A DNA stretch of 64,000 bases from Laetmonice hystrix. Lineage: Eukaryota. Made by a program: the position numbers and the translations under genes. Under the pieces are notes generated by a model, which saw only the letters and a list, made by a program, of their open reading frames with translations, was not told where the DNA came from and did no database searches. The stretch is taken from NCBI GenBank assembly GCA_965235115.1, contig OZ249436.1, positions 20,462,001-20,526,000 of the forward strand, read 5' to 3'. This document shows positions 21,196-35,300 of the stretch, one piece after another. Position 1 is the first letter of the stretch. Every line of letters begins with the position of its first letter.

Positions 21196-24100
21196 ATGGC
21201 ATCTGGACTGTGGCGCCTTCTCCTTCTCCTATGGAAAAACTTCTTGTTGCAAAAGCGGAGGTTGATCGTAACCATTGTAGAGATTGCTCTGCCTGCCCTG
21301 TTTGCACTCATCCTCATAGGAATCAGGCAGCGGGTACAGGCAGAGCCTTATGCAAATGTCACAACATGGCAAGCATTTGGCCTTGACAAGCTGCCAAAGA
21401 ACCTGACCACTTATCCTGAATGCTGGGACAAACGACCATGGAAACTTTATTACTCTCCCAGTTTTCCTGCCACCAAATCTGTGATGATGTTGTTACAACA
21501 ACAGATTGGACAACCTATCTCAGGTAATGTGTTAATGTTAATTGACCACATTGAACATCCTATCTCAGGTGATGCATTAATGTTAATTGACCACATTGAA
21601 CATCCTATCTCAGGTGATGCATTAATGTTAATTCAACACATTGAACATCCTATCTCAGGTAATGTGTTAATGTTAATTCAACACATTGGACATCCTATCT
21701 CAGGTAATGTGTTAATGTTAATTCAACACATTGGACATCCTATCTCAGGTGATGCATTAATGTTAATTCAACACATTGAACACCCTATCTCAGGTAATGT
21801 GTTGGACATCCTATCTCAGGTAATGTGTTAATGTTAATTGACCACATTGAACATCCTATCTCAGGTAATGTGTTAATGTTAATTCAACACATTGGACATC
21901 CTATCTCAGGTAATGTGTTAATGTTAATTAAACACATTGGACATCCTATCTCAGGTGATGTGTTAATGTTAATTCAACACATCGGACATCCTATCTCAGG
22001 TAATGTGTTAATGTTAATTAAACACATTGGACATCCTATCTCAGGTAATGTGTTAATGTTAATTCAACACATCGGACATCCTATCTCAGGTAATGTGTTG
22101 GACATCCTGTCTCAGGTAGTGTGTTAATGTTAATTCAACACACTGGACAACCTATCTCAGGTAATGTGTTAATGTTAATTCAACACATTGAACACCCTAT
22201 CTCAGGTAATGTGTTAATGTTAATTCAACACATTGAACATCCTATCTCAGGTAATGTGTTAATGTTAATTCAACAAACTGGACATCCTATCTCAGGTAAT
22301 GTGTTAATGTTAATTTACCACATTGAACATCCTATCTCAGGTGATGCATTAATGTTAATTCAACACATTGGACATCCTATCTCAGGTAATGTGTTAATGT
22401 TAATTCAACAAACTGGACATCCTATCTCAGGTAATGTGTTAATGTTAATTCAACAAACTGGACATCCTATCTCAGGTAATGTGTTAATGTTAATTCAACA
22501 CATCAGATATCTTATCTAAGGTAATGAATAAATATTACAACAACAGATTGGACAACCTATCTCAGGTAATGTGTTAATGTTAATTGAACACATCAGATAT
22601 CTTATCTAAAGTAATGAATAAATATTACAAATGTTCAACACATTGGACAACCTATCTCAGGTAATGTGTTAATGTTAATTGAACACATCAGATATCTTAT
22701 CTCAGGTAATGTGTACATGTTAATTCAACACACTGGACAACCTATCTCAGGTGATGTGTTAATGTTAATTCCACAAATTTCTGAGTGAGAATCATTGCTC
22801 TTTTTTGTAGAAGTGGTCGGCTATGAAACAGAAGATGCCATGGTTAAAGATATTATGAAGGACTTGCAGAGCACAGCTGACTGTAGTAGCGTTCTTGGTG
22901 GTGTGGTTTTCTACAACTGGGATACTTCATCCCAGTTCACTGTGCCTCAAAACCTGACATATAAAATCCGCCTGACTGCATCACCAAGAAATGCAGGGAA
23001 GGAGGGAAAAAGAAAACTGAATCCTTTTGGTTCAGATAGCAGATGGCTGACAACATTCCAGTTTCCAATGTTCCAGTCGGTTGGACCAAGGGAAAAACGG
23101 TGGAAACGTGGAGGTTTGCCAGGTACTTAAAATCATGTTAAGTCTTATGCAAGTTGCCAAAGTGGTTTTTGTTTCCATAACCTCTGTCATTAAGTGTTTT
23201 AAAGCAAGTCCTTTTGATTACATTGGAAATTTACTAAATGTATAATATTTGATAATAGAGATCTCTTCATTTCGGTGACATACAGTATTATAAATGTTAC
23301 AAATTTATTACTTTGCTGAGAATTCCGGGATTTGTTTCAGGATATTGGCGTGAAGGCTTTCTGACAATTCAGCATGCAGTGAACAAAGCCATAACCTCCC
23401 TAGCTTCAAGAATTCCTGTCACTTCACCTGACATCAAATTACACCTGCGACGTATGCCTTACCCACCATACAATGATGACAACTTTGTGGTTGTGGTGCA
23501 GAAATACTTCCCACTTCTCTTGATGCTCAGCTTTGTTTTCAGTGCTCTACACATTGTTAAAGAGATTGTACATGAAAAGGAAAGGAGAATTAAGGTACCT
23601 AACACTAATATTATTGAGTATTGTTAAAGGTCCACAGTCCTATTGATGTTCAGAGAGCTTGTTATTATATTATCAGAAAATCTCTTAAAATAGAACGTGT
23701 ATGGAACTAGATGGTTGGTTAAAATGAGTAAAGATATCTCAATGTCTATTAAGTTAAAATTGGACAACTTATTCTCACATTGCTGTCTTGAATTCATTCC
23801 GTAAATGTGGCCATGCAGGAAACTCTCAAGTTGATGGGACTACCCAACTGGATGCAGTGGACAGCCTGGTTTATCAAACACTTCATCTGTCTGATAATCA
23901 CTGTCTCCATCATGACTGCCTTCTTCATCATCAAAGTGGGAAATAAGGGTTCTGTCATAGGATATAGTAGTCCGTCTATCCTCTGGGTATTCCTGCTTGT
24001 CTATTCCATGGCAACCATTGCATTCTGCTTTGCTGTCAGTGTGTTCTTCAAGAAAGGTGTGTTTCTTTGAGAACATTTATCAAATAAATGAACAAATATT

Positions 24101-27100
24101 TCTAGATAGCGAGTGAAAGAAAGTATCGAGGTATCATACTGTCTCTCACAGTTAATAAAAAAACGTGTTTTGTAAAAACTGAGAAAATGTGAAGTCTCCT
24201 GACATTTTGGACTTTCTTATTGGAATGTGAGCAGTGTAAGTCATGTTAAATCTGTGCATCATTTCAGCTAACACAGCAGCAGCAGCAGGAGGTGTACTGT
24301 TCTTCCTCACTTACATGCCTTACGCCTTCCTACAACCACGCTACGACACTCTGAGCTGGGCAGGCAAGATGTCGGCATGTCTCTTTTCCAATGTTGCAAT
24401 GGCATTTGGTGGACAAGTATTTGGGATGTTTGAGGGCACAGGTAAAGAATATCAGTAATAATGTAAAAATTATTGATAGTCTGCACTGGAGGTTAGCTCA
24501 AAGCTTTTCTTTTTAACTTTTCTGACAGGAAACAGGCCAATATGTAACTGAGTTTTGAATAGTTAATTTATTATACTGTTATATATTGTATACTGTTCCC
24601 TTATCAGTAAGTATCCAAATTATGTCTATTATAATATTATTCTTTTTATTATAATCGGAAACCTGTCTGAAAATGTCTTTTCTAAAAGAACTTCAATTAA
24701 CATGAAATAGTGGTGATATTGACCTTGTGTGTTGTTGACAGGTGCTGGGATACAATGGAGTACAATTGATCAGGGTGTGTCCGTAGACGATGACTTTAGT
24801 TTACTCCATGTCATACTCATGCTACTCCTGGACACTTTCCTTTACTGTCTCATAGCGTGGTATGTGGAGGCCATCAAGCCTGGCGACTATGGCATAGCAC
24901 AGCCATGGTATTTTCCTGTACTGGTTTGTATACATTTATGAATTTATTCTTTTTTTTCTCTCTTTTTTTTTCATTTATTCTTTGAATGCCTAAGAAATAA
25001 ACTATGTAGCCTCTGTTAAACTATTGAAGGTAATAAGTCATTATAAATTATACATTTGTACAATTTTTCATATTAATTACATGGAATTAATATGAAAAAT
25101 TGTACAAATGTATAATTTATAATCCTTTATAAAAAAAAAAGACTGTTCTAGCATTGTTTCCTTTTAGATTTACTTTTGGTTGTCTATTTAGCATTTTTTT
25201 CCATGTTGCATGTAGAAATCGTACTGGTGCGGCACCAACCCTAAGGAACTTGATGAAGATGAGGTAGATGTCTTGGATAGCCAGATGTTTGAAAGTATTG
25301 AGAAGGACCCCATTGGTATAGATGCAGGAATTCGCATTCAAGGATTAAGAAAGGTGTGGTTTTCATTTGTATCAGAACTTTTCACTCTTTTTTTAAACAG
25401 ACCATTTTTTTACAATGCCTAATATGGTAATTCAAACTAATTGAAGAGCTTAGATTTAACACTGGAATCATACTGTTGTCTGGTGTCTTTCAGGAGTTTG
25501 GGAAGGGAGAACAGAAAAATGTTGCTGTGGCTGGGATGACACTGAACATGTATGAAGGACAGATCACTGCGCTGCTGGGTCACAATGGTGCAGGGAAAAC
25601 TACCACAATGTCCATGTTAACAGGTCAGTCATGTCAGCTGCCAATTATATTGTTCAATTTCTGCCCTTTTCTTTATTGTCTATATCGTTCTAAGACCAAG
25701 AAAAAGGAAAAAATCTGTATGGCTAATGTCATGCACCTTATTTCAGGGTTCCTGTCCCCTACCAGTGGCACAGCTATCATCAATGGTTACAACATTCGTA
25801 CAGATATAACAAATGTCCGCAAAAACCTTGGCCTCTGCCCGCAGCACGATGTCCTCTTTGATAGCCTAACAGTTGAAGAACACCTCACTTTCTTTGCCTT
25901 GGTGAGTAATGTCAGGGCCACAAATAGATGTGCTGTGCCAGAACAATATCATCGTTTACTCTCGTGTGTGACTCTCTTCTTATTGAATTTTCTCACACCA
26001 ACGAAGTAAAAAGGTTTGGATCAAGGGCCACTTGTTAATTAACTGAGTGTACGGTACAGCCTTTATTAGATGTCAGCAAGCAAAACATGTTTAGGACTTA
26101 TATTGGATATTTGTACACAAATGTGTGATGGATTACATGCATATAGTGTGCTTGTAGCCAGGAGATATTGTGACAAATTGTTTGCAGGTGAAAGGTTGGC
26201 CTCTTGGACAAGTACGCCAGGAAGTTAGGCGCATGCTTCGTGAATGTGGCTTGGTTAGCAAGAAGACTGCTTTATCTAAGACACTCTCTGGTGGTCAGAA
26301 GAGGAAACTCTCTGTTGCTATCGCCTTGATTGGTGGCTCCAAGGTAAGGCTCTAAGAAGGAATATTCTGTTAATCTTGTTGGTAACACTTTCCTACAGAA
26401 AGCTGGCCCAGTTGCCAAGGTTACTATTTTCAAAATATGCCCAGAAGTTGTTCCACTTGTCTCCAGAAACCTACCATATTTTGGCCAACTACACAGTGCT
26501 AAGTGTACATTGAAACTGGAATGATTCTAGATTGTGATTCTGGACGAGCCTACCTCAGGCTTGGACCCAAACGCAAGACGCCACCTGTGGGATGTACTAC
26601 AGCGTCACCGGGCAGGACGTACGATTGTCCTCTCGACACATTTCATGGATGAAGCTGATCTTTTGGGTGACCGTGTAGCCATAATGGCTGACGGGGTCAT
26701 TCAGTGTGCAGGCTCCTCTCTCTTCTTGAAAAATAAATATGGTATGTGACAGGCATGACCTTGGCAATAATAAACAAATGTATGATTCAGAAATTTTTGA
26801 AGTACAGGGTAAGAACATGTAAATGAAAAGCTCAGAACACTTGAGTCTTAATTTTAGCATTTACATTTTCCTCTCCAAGGTGCTGGTTACCACATGGTGA
26901 TTGTCAAGTTGGACGGTTGTGACGTTGACTGTATCACAGAACTAGTCATGACCCACGTACCTGAGGCACACCTGGAGAGTAACATCAGTGCAGAACTCTC
27001 CTACATTCTACCGGCCGAAAGATCAGATCAGTTTGAGGCACTTTTCTCGCAGATTGAGCAAAATCTGGAGGAACTGAAAATAGCGAGCTTCGGGGCTTCT

Positions 27101-30100
27101 GTGACAACGATGGAGGAGGTGTTCCTCCGGTAAGTACGGTATTTGCATGATTCGCCATACATGATTCAATTTTAAATTTTATGAGTACATCCATGAAAGA
27201 TTAAAGCCAGCCTTTCCTCTAGGCATTGAGATATATGTTGCAATGTAATGCTGGTACAAGTGTCATTGATTATTGTGTGAATGTTCAGTGTTGGCGAGAA
27301 CATGGACGGGACACTGCGGGACAGATTACAACAGACAGGTGCCATGATGGCAGGCGCTCCAGCCGAGCCATGTAAGTCAGATCACATTCTATTTTCCTCT
27401 AATTTGTGTATACCTCGGATAACTGAACTCTCCCTTCCTGTGCCCAGATTAGAATCTTCGTACAACCACATTTCCCACACTCTACAGCTAGATGTTTTAT
27501 AGATGTGCTTTTTCTAATGACAATACAGAAATATTAAAATTATAAATATCAGGTTTTGTAATCTTATGGTAGCTACAACACTCCCATGACTAGTAGATGT
27601 GGACCTTTAAAAAAATAGACTTATTTACGGGTACAAGGTTTCAGATCCGAGAGATCTCAGTAACATAATTTGTTTGCTGATTGTGCAGTGTTCAATGTGG
27701 ACATCCAGTTCAACCGCGGTCTGAGGCTGGAACTGCAGCAGTTCCAGGCAATGTTTATCAAACGTATGCTGCACACAGCCCGTAACTGGCTCGTCACCAC
27801 CACCCAGTTACTCATACCTTTGTTCTTCACGGTCATCGGTCTAATCGTTCTCAAGACACATCCTCCCCCGACTGACTCCCCGGCACTGACCGTGTCTCTA
27901 GCTGGGTTTGGGGACAATGTTCTCGGCTACAGCAGTGGACCCGATACCAATAAGCTGACAGAGGGATTGTGCAGAGCGTATGGCGAGAGTCAACTGATGG
28001 TCAATTCATATACCCAGCTTGACTACTTGAATAATGACACAGAGTACACACATGACCCGTCGATGATGCAGTTCTTAGTTGATGAAGGAAGTCGTAGCAT
28101 CAGAACGTATGTCACTCATTACATCGTTGGAGCCGAGTTTGTGACAGAAGAAACCAATGGTACAAACCAGACTCTAGGAACAGCATTCTTCAACAACCAA
28201 GGCTATCACACGCCAGCCATTGCATTGACGGCGATACAGGTAATACGTTTTGTGAAGTACCAAGGTACAAGTAATTTTAGCGAGGTACATGTATTTAATT
28301 TAGCGATTTGCCATTTTCGCTAACAATAGTTGCCGCTAAATTTTAACCATAAAGCCTTCCATACTAGTACTGATTCTCAAATCGCTAAAATTTGTACCCG
28401 CTAAATAGTCCATATTGAAAATTCACTAAATTTTCTAACCACTAAATTAAATTGTTATATCATAGTATATCGTATTCAGCTCTAGCCTTGTTTTAGTTTT
28501 AAGATCCTCTCTCATGCATCATTTGACCTGGGATCATTTTATGACTATTGATGTTTTTTCTTGTCCTTACAGAATGGTGTCCTGCGGTACCTGACCAACC
28601 GGAACCTGACTCTAACTACCATTAATCATCCACTCCCTCGCACACTACAAGACAAACTTAATGATGAGTTAGACATGGACTTTACTGGGTTTACAATATC
28701 GTTTTATGTCATGTTTGGCATGGCCTTCCTTGCATCCAGCTTTGTCCTCTTCCTCATTAAGGAGCGGGCTATCAAGGCCAAGCACTGTCAGGTCAGTACA
28801 TTTGGACAAATTTCTTCCCATTTCGATACAGCATTCCAATATTGGTAGAGCTAAAGCAAAACCACCAAAAATATCTCAGGTAATCAGGAATGAATGAAAT
28901 GTTGCTTATTTATTCCAATATCTGATGGTAACGTAGAGTGAGACGATGCGAGATGTTTGATATTTCAGTTTGTGAGTGGGGTTGGAATGGACGTGTTCTG
29001 GGTCTCTACTTTCTGCTGGGACATGATCAACTATATGATACCCGTGTTGCTGCTGATCGTCACGTTCTGGGCCTTCGGAATCACGGCCTTCAGTGAAGGC
29101 TCCCACCTCGGCCACATCCTGCTCCTGTTCTGTCTCTATGGCTGGGCCTGTCTGCCCTTCATGTACATATTGTCCATGCTCTTTACCGTACCATCCACAG
29201 GTTTCGTGTGGCTCACCATGTTAAATATCCTCTCAGGTAATCTTTCCGGCTAACACCAATAGAGAAAACTTCAGAGATCTATACGTAAGAACCAACAAAA
29301 CCTGTCGTGTGCTTGTATAGTTTATCACTCGTATGTTACTCTAATGGAGAAAGTTAACTTGAGGCTGTAGATATTTTACCTTCAAATGTTTCCTATTCCG
29401 AGAGGGTTACATATGAGTAAATGCCTAGATTATGTTTCCATGTTGAAAAGAATATCAGAGAAGACGAAAGTCTAACTTCCCTATGAGTATTTTGTAAGAT
29501 GGTTAATGTTTGTCCAGGAATTGGGACAGTGATGGCCGTAGAGATCCTACTACTACCTCAGATTGCCTCCAAGGCCGTCTCTGACGGCCTCAAATGGCTT
29601 TTCCTGACTTTTCTGCCAACATTCAACTTGGGTCAGGGAATCCAAGACTACTACAACAACTACCAGTTTCTTAACATCTGTACGTCGACTCCGGCCGTTG
29701 TCGCCTGCAAGATGCTACACTTGGAGACTCCCTGCTGTAAAGGTAGGCACAGGGATATCACCTCGAGTAATGTGAAATACCAGATATTTATTTATAATTT
29801 AGAAAGGTAGAGCTTGAATTTGTTTGAAAATGATGCCATGACAAGTGTGATATTTTTGTATCACAGACAACTGTGGCAACAACTGTCTCGACTACAACAC
29901 CGACTATTTGTCATGGCAGCCAGGGGGCATTGGGCGCATGCTTGTCTTCCTGAGTATACAGGGCATTTTCTACCTGGGCATCATCTTCATGATCGAGTCG
30001 GGAATATTCCGCCGGGTAGGCTGCTATATGAGAATTTACTTAGGATGGCTGGTGTTGTTGAATGGTCTGAAGATGGCCAGCATACAGCTGGACATGTAAT

Positions 30101-32388
30101 TAGGATATGTTCATCTGGTAAGCTACGTAAAACAATTAACTAAAATACTATAATTAACTATACCTGTAGCTATTTATTGTAATCCTAATCTTTCTCCTTT
30201 TTGTGTTGTAGATCTGGTACTTCACAGCGAGATTGAGACGTACCCCAGTACTGAGTCGGAGTAACAGCATTCACTCGCTGGTACAAGAAGATGACGACGT
30301 TCTCACTGAACGTCAGAGAATTGCTACCATGTCTCATGACGACATCAAAGTAGGTCACACCCTGGTGCTCAATGAACTGAGCAAGTCTTACGGGAACTTG
30401 TTAGCGGTAGACAGACTGAGTCTGGGGATCAGGCGGGGTCAGTGCTTCGGTCTGCTAGGAATCAACGGAGCAGGAAAAACGTCGACCTTCAAGATGCTGA
30501 CTGGAGATGAAACGGTCACTAGTGGAAATGCATACCTGCAGGGCTTTGATATCAAAACGAGCATCAAACAGGTAAGAGGCCGGCATCAGCGGCTACTTTA
30601 AGTCATGGCATTATTATTATTAGTGCATGGATGGGATATTCTGCAATATTTTGAAAAATTTCTATTCTCCTGTGAAATTTTTCACAAAAACCAATCGATG
30701 GTCCTGCCAATGATTGTGTTGCTAACGATTGTTTTTTGAAGGAGCACATTATAAGATTTTCCTGGTGTCTGCCTGCAGGTCCAGAGATGTCTAGGGTATT
30801 GCCCACAGTTTGATGCACTCATTGACCAGCTGACCGGGAGAGAGACCTTGACCATGTATGCTAGACTCCGAGGTGTGGTCAGTTACCAGATCCCGGGAAT
30901 GGTCCAACAGATCATTAAAACTTTACTTCTCGTCGACCACGCTGACAGGCTGGTCGGGTCATACAGGTGAGTACATGACCTAGGACTAGACTAGACTGTG
31001 CTAAATTAGTTTCTTAAATAATATTACTGCAGTAGAAGGGATCTCACAGTTCATGTAGTAAGTATGATACCAGTATGATCTATAGTATGTTCAGGAAGTT
31101 GTGTCATGTAAATGCATTGTTCTTGACCTTGAAGAGTTTCGTCCTTGTTATTTTACAGTGGAGGAAACAAGCGTAAACTGAGTGCAGCGATAGCACTGGT
31201 TGGAGACCCACCCGTAATATTCCTGGATGAGCCAACCACTGGCATGGACCCTGTGGCCCGCCGACTTCTCTGGGACACACTGTCCCGGCTCCGAGCGTCA
31301 GGCAGTACCCTGGTGTTGACATCACACAGGTCAGTCTCGATACATGCCTAACTTGAGCTCGATCACTGGCTGGCAAAACAACATCAACTATAATAGATTG
31401 ATAGTCGAGAATCTAGATTAGACCATAGGCTCAGTTAATGTCATTGGTAGTCTTCAAAAGTCTGCAAGCTTCACAAGACTAGTGGCTGGATGCAAGGACG
31501 TAGTTAGTCTCAATATTAACCCAATCCATGGATTTACGCCTATTCCCAGTTGCCAGAAAGTCAGAATGTTCAAGCCTTTTCTCTTTTTTGGGGTAAGTGG
31601 CCCATTTTTCACTGGCCAAGCACAATAGAATTCAGTTAAACATGAAGTCTACCAAACATACCCAACCTTAAATCTAGGCTAGATAGTAAGTTAAGCCATT
31701 CTTGGGATGTCACAAAATGTTTTTGCATTCAGCCATCAGCTATTAAATGCAATACTTGAACCCTAGATATGCTTAAGAGAGAACTTTGTAAGGTAATCTC
31801 ATTTTCTGTTTTTGTTTCCACAGTATGGAAGAATGTGAAGCGTTATGTACACGGATTGCCATCATGGTGAATGGCCAGCTCAAGTGTCTCGGCAGCACTC
31901 AGCACCTGAAGACCAAGTTTGGGGAGGGTTATACCGTGCTAGCCAAGGTAGGCCTGGCAGCTGGTGGTATCACATTCGATGACAGCTCGGACGTACCAGT
32001 ACCCAACCTCCAGCCCCTCATGGAACACATCGAGCAGACGTTCCCGAAGAGTTCCCTCAAAGACGTCCACCAGGGAATGCTCCACTACCACATAGCGGAC
32101 CCGACCATCTCCTGGGCTAAACTGTTCGGTGAGATGGAACGCTGTAAGTACAGGTTCCACATAGAGGACTACTCAGTCAGTCAGACGACGCTCGACCAGG
32201 TTTTTATTAACTTTGCCCGGTCCCAGGTGGCGCCACAGGAGACATCGGTTGGCTGTTGCCGCCGTGCCGCTACCTGGTGCTGCTGCTGTAGTTGTCACTG
32301 CTGCAGCGCCTGCTGTAGCAGATGCTGCGGCAGCAGTGACGAGGAGGATGAAGATTATGTCCACATCTTGGAGCATGAGATAATTTGA
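21196..32388 (+). CDS. ABCA3: ABC transporter subfamily A, ABCA3-like, 22 coding exons, ~1768 aa
   Basis: Exons 21196-21523, 22811-23122, 23341-23594, 23819-24056, 24268-24441, 24742-24923, 25216-25353, 25494-25623, 25747-25901, 26188-26343, 26531-26741, 26880-27129, 27289-27371, 27689-28239, 28573-28791, 28969-29236, 29518-29742, 29867-30015, 30212-30571, 30779-30966, 31159-31329, 31824-32388 (5307 nt). LLLWKN N-terminus; NBD1 [26 protein letters not shown]2 [23 protein letters not shown]. Paralogue assignment by recognition only. Confidence 0.9.
21505..22771 (+). repeat. 45-bp minisatellite spanning the ABCA exon/intron junction, ~28 units
   Basis: Unit CATCCTATCTCAG|GTAATGTGTTAATGTTAATTCAACACATTGGA; two 26-bp truncated units give a 296-bp higher-order repeat. 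Confidence 0.95.
25041..25122. repeat. AT-rich inverted repeat (hairpin) in an ABCA intron
   Basis: TTATAAATTATACATTTGTACAATTTTTCATATTAATT - ACATGG - AATTAATATGAAAAATTGTACAAATGTATAATTTATAA. Confidence 0.85.
28258..28467. mobile_element. Degenerate MITE-like element in an ABCA intron
   Basis: Repeated TTTAGCG at the left end and CGCTAAA/CACTAAA at the right end, in inverted arrangement. Confidence 0.45.
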
Positions 32389-35300
32389 TAAGCCCTCCTC
32401 GCAAACCCTCCGTTCCACTATGTCCAAAGAAACTACCGGTAATTCTCATGCGTCATCGTGATGGCACAAACGTGTTCAGGATTTTAAGTCAGGTTGCCAC
32501 TGTCGAAATTTGTGATGTCACATGGGCATTCCATGGTAGCACGGTTTGAGAACAACCAATCCAGTCAGAAAAAGACAAGTGTTTGTTGTCACAATAAGTA
32601 TTCCTATTACCAGTATAATCAAGGGAAACCCAAAGCAAGTACGTGTAATGTCAAAAAAATTGATTTCTATTTTCATTGTCCCCTTCGGTATCAGTGGTGT
32701 AGTTTGAATTGTTCACAGTTGTTCAGTCTGTAAATTCTTGATCTATACGAGGAACCTCGTATGATCTCATTGTATGATCACCGACCTTCGGTACAACTGC
32801 CATCATCACAGCTGTAAACATGATGGGAGTACGTGAAAAATAAGTTTGTGTATGGGACCATATTGTCAGATGTTGATCATCTTATAAAAAGTTGATTGAG
32901 AAAGTTTGTAGCGATGCATCATTCCATGATTCATCAAATTGTGATACTAATTTTGTGATCAACAGTGGCGTTGTAAATGCATTTAATCATTCCTACAGAT
33001 TATGATAATCATTCTTTCCAAATAAAAAAAAAAAGAATTTTCGAGATCATTGGGGGAACAAATCTTTACAAAATGTGTGCAAAGATTTCGTAATAGTTTT
33101 TATAGTATTTTAAGCATTTTTATTAAATTAATTGATTAAGATAGAATGTTATTTATTTGACTTTATTCAGATTGTTCATCATTATGATGAAGATGCATGA
33201 GATATTGCTGCAGAGTGTGCGTACATGATATCCTACCTATGTACACATGGTATACATAATATGACCAGTGGCGATAGCATGGATATATTTATTGTCTTTG
33301 ATTTAGATGGTCCAAAGTTCAAACATGGTAGTATTCATTAGAGTGAATGCAGTGAATAGCAGTACTGTGACTTCAGTCCTTGAAGTCCTATCATCTACGT
33401 GTTTTCGTAGGAGTTCATAATTGATAACTTAATGTGACTTTGAGTTGACAGTCAGAAGTACCGGTATTGAGTCCCATCACCACATTTGGTCTTATTGTAG
33501 GTGTAGGTAAGTATATATCCTTGAAAATGGTGCTGGGTTCCGTTCTTGTACAGACATAAGACGTATTTATTCAGACCTATAGTTAATTTTACGACAAAAA
33601 AAACCTGATTTGATATTGCGTTATAGGCCATATATATTGGCGTATCTCCACCCAAATATTGATCTTTGATCACTGAGTGTAGTTGCGTATGTTGTGAAAC
33701 CTTTACCACATGTATGTTACGGGAGATATTTGTGGTCCACGATGTCGATAGGTATGTCACTATGTGCCAGTTTATTGAGACAGAGTATGAATTGTATCAT
33801 TCCTATGTCTGCACCGCTTCTGGAATATTTGTTTTATCACATAGGTCATTGTAGATCAATGGATCTAGCATCTAGTAATTGAAACTATTTAAACCTATTG
33901 ATGTTTATATTATTACAAGCGCATTTATTTTATCACCTTACATTGTTTTTACGGTTATATATCGTGAATATTTAATCATTAGTGATAGTGACCGCATAAT
34001 GATATCATTCCCTAGTTATAGTGTAGAGACAACTCATTCTTGATGTGTGGCTTTTCCCTGTGATCAGTGATCAAGAAGCAATAACCTTGTATTAATGTGA
34101 GAATTCACCGATGGAACCTAAACCAGATTATTTTACTCTTATTGATTATAAGAACATGTAAAGAGGTGTACCAAAAAGGTCTTACCACATGCATTGTTCG
34201 TACCGCTCAAAATGTTTTACATCCACCAATTGAGTGGCCAGACAACCTGGCCGAGTAGAGAAATGTCTTGAAATACCTTTCTTATTGAAATTGTAAACGG
34301 AAATATATTGCGTAGAACAAAAATATATCCTTTTTTATGAATATATTTTTTAGACTAGCTCGGTGAAGAATTTGTCGCATATTTTAGATTCTTACCAGTG
34401 TCGGTTTTGAAAGTGTTTATTTTCAGAACCTGCCGTCCCATACATCATTTTAATCTTGCCTGTATGTGTTATCAGTCAGATTATCTGTCGTTTATTTGCG
34501 TAATTATTTAATGTTGATATTTAATGAATAAAATTTATAATGGTTTATTTTGACGGTGTGATGAGGTGGTTTTTCCCCATTGAGGTTGTGTTTATTGGTC
34601 TAAACAGGCGGTCTACGGGAATGAGTACTGGCAATTCAGGGTAAAGTCTTTAAAATCTCAGTTTATCATAGCGGATTGTCCACCTAGAGTTGTGGACACG
34701 AAATAAGGCAGAGAATGAACTGGATAACGTAAGATTTTACATCTTATGTCCATTATTAGTGGTTCGGGTGACAATATATATCTCAATTTTAGAGACTAGT
34801 CGGTTACACCTGCACTTCAATGCGTACTCCATTGTCTCAGCAAACGCAGACGTTCGTGACGTCATTCAAAGATTACCATGTGGAGATACACAAGTCCACA
34901 AAGAATTGCTACTAACGGAATATGATGATGATGTTGTGGGCCCTGATTACCGCGGTAATTAACGGGTAGATTGTTACATTGATAAGTGTTGATGTCATTG
35001 ATTGGTAGTGATCGGTTGGTCCACTTTTATTGGGGGTATTAATCATGTCACTGACTCACAGGGAACAGGACGAGGGGGTGATATTTATTGATAGACAGAC
35101 TTGGCGTCTGTGCTGGTGGCTAGAACGGGTACACTTGTACATCTGTACTCGTACAATGGAGGGATGGCTGTAAGAATGTCAGTGGTTTAGAGAGATCATA
35201 ATATCGTGAATTTATCTTTGTTGCACGTAGGCGTACTTATACATCAGTTAATGATTATTTAAAATTAACATGCACTCATCTAGGCTCATCAAGTCGGTTA

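Noticed and set aside
21825..22519. ORFs of repeated [15 protein letters not shown] as a standalone repeat protein or CRISPR-like array
   Set aside because: By-products of the 45-bp intronic minisatellite; no unique spacers, eukaryotic context
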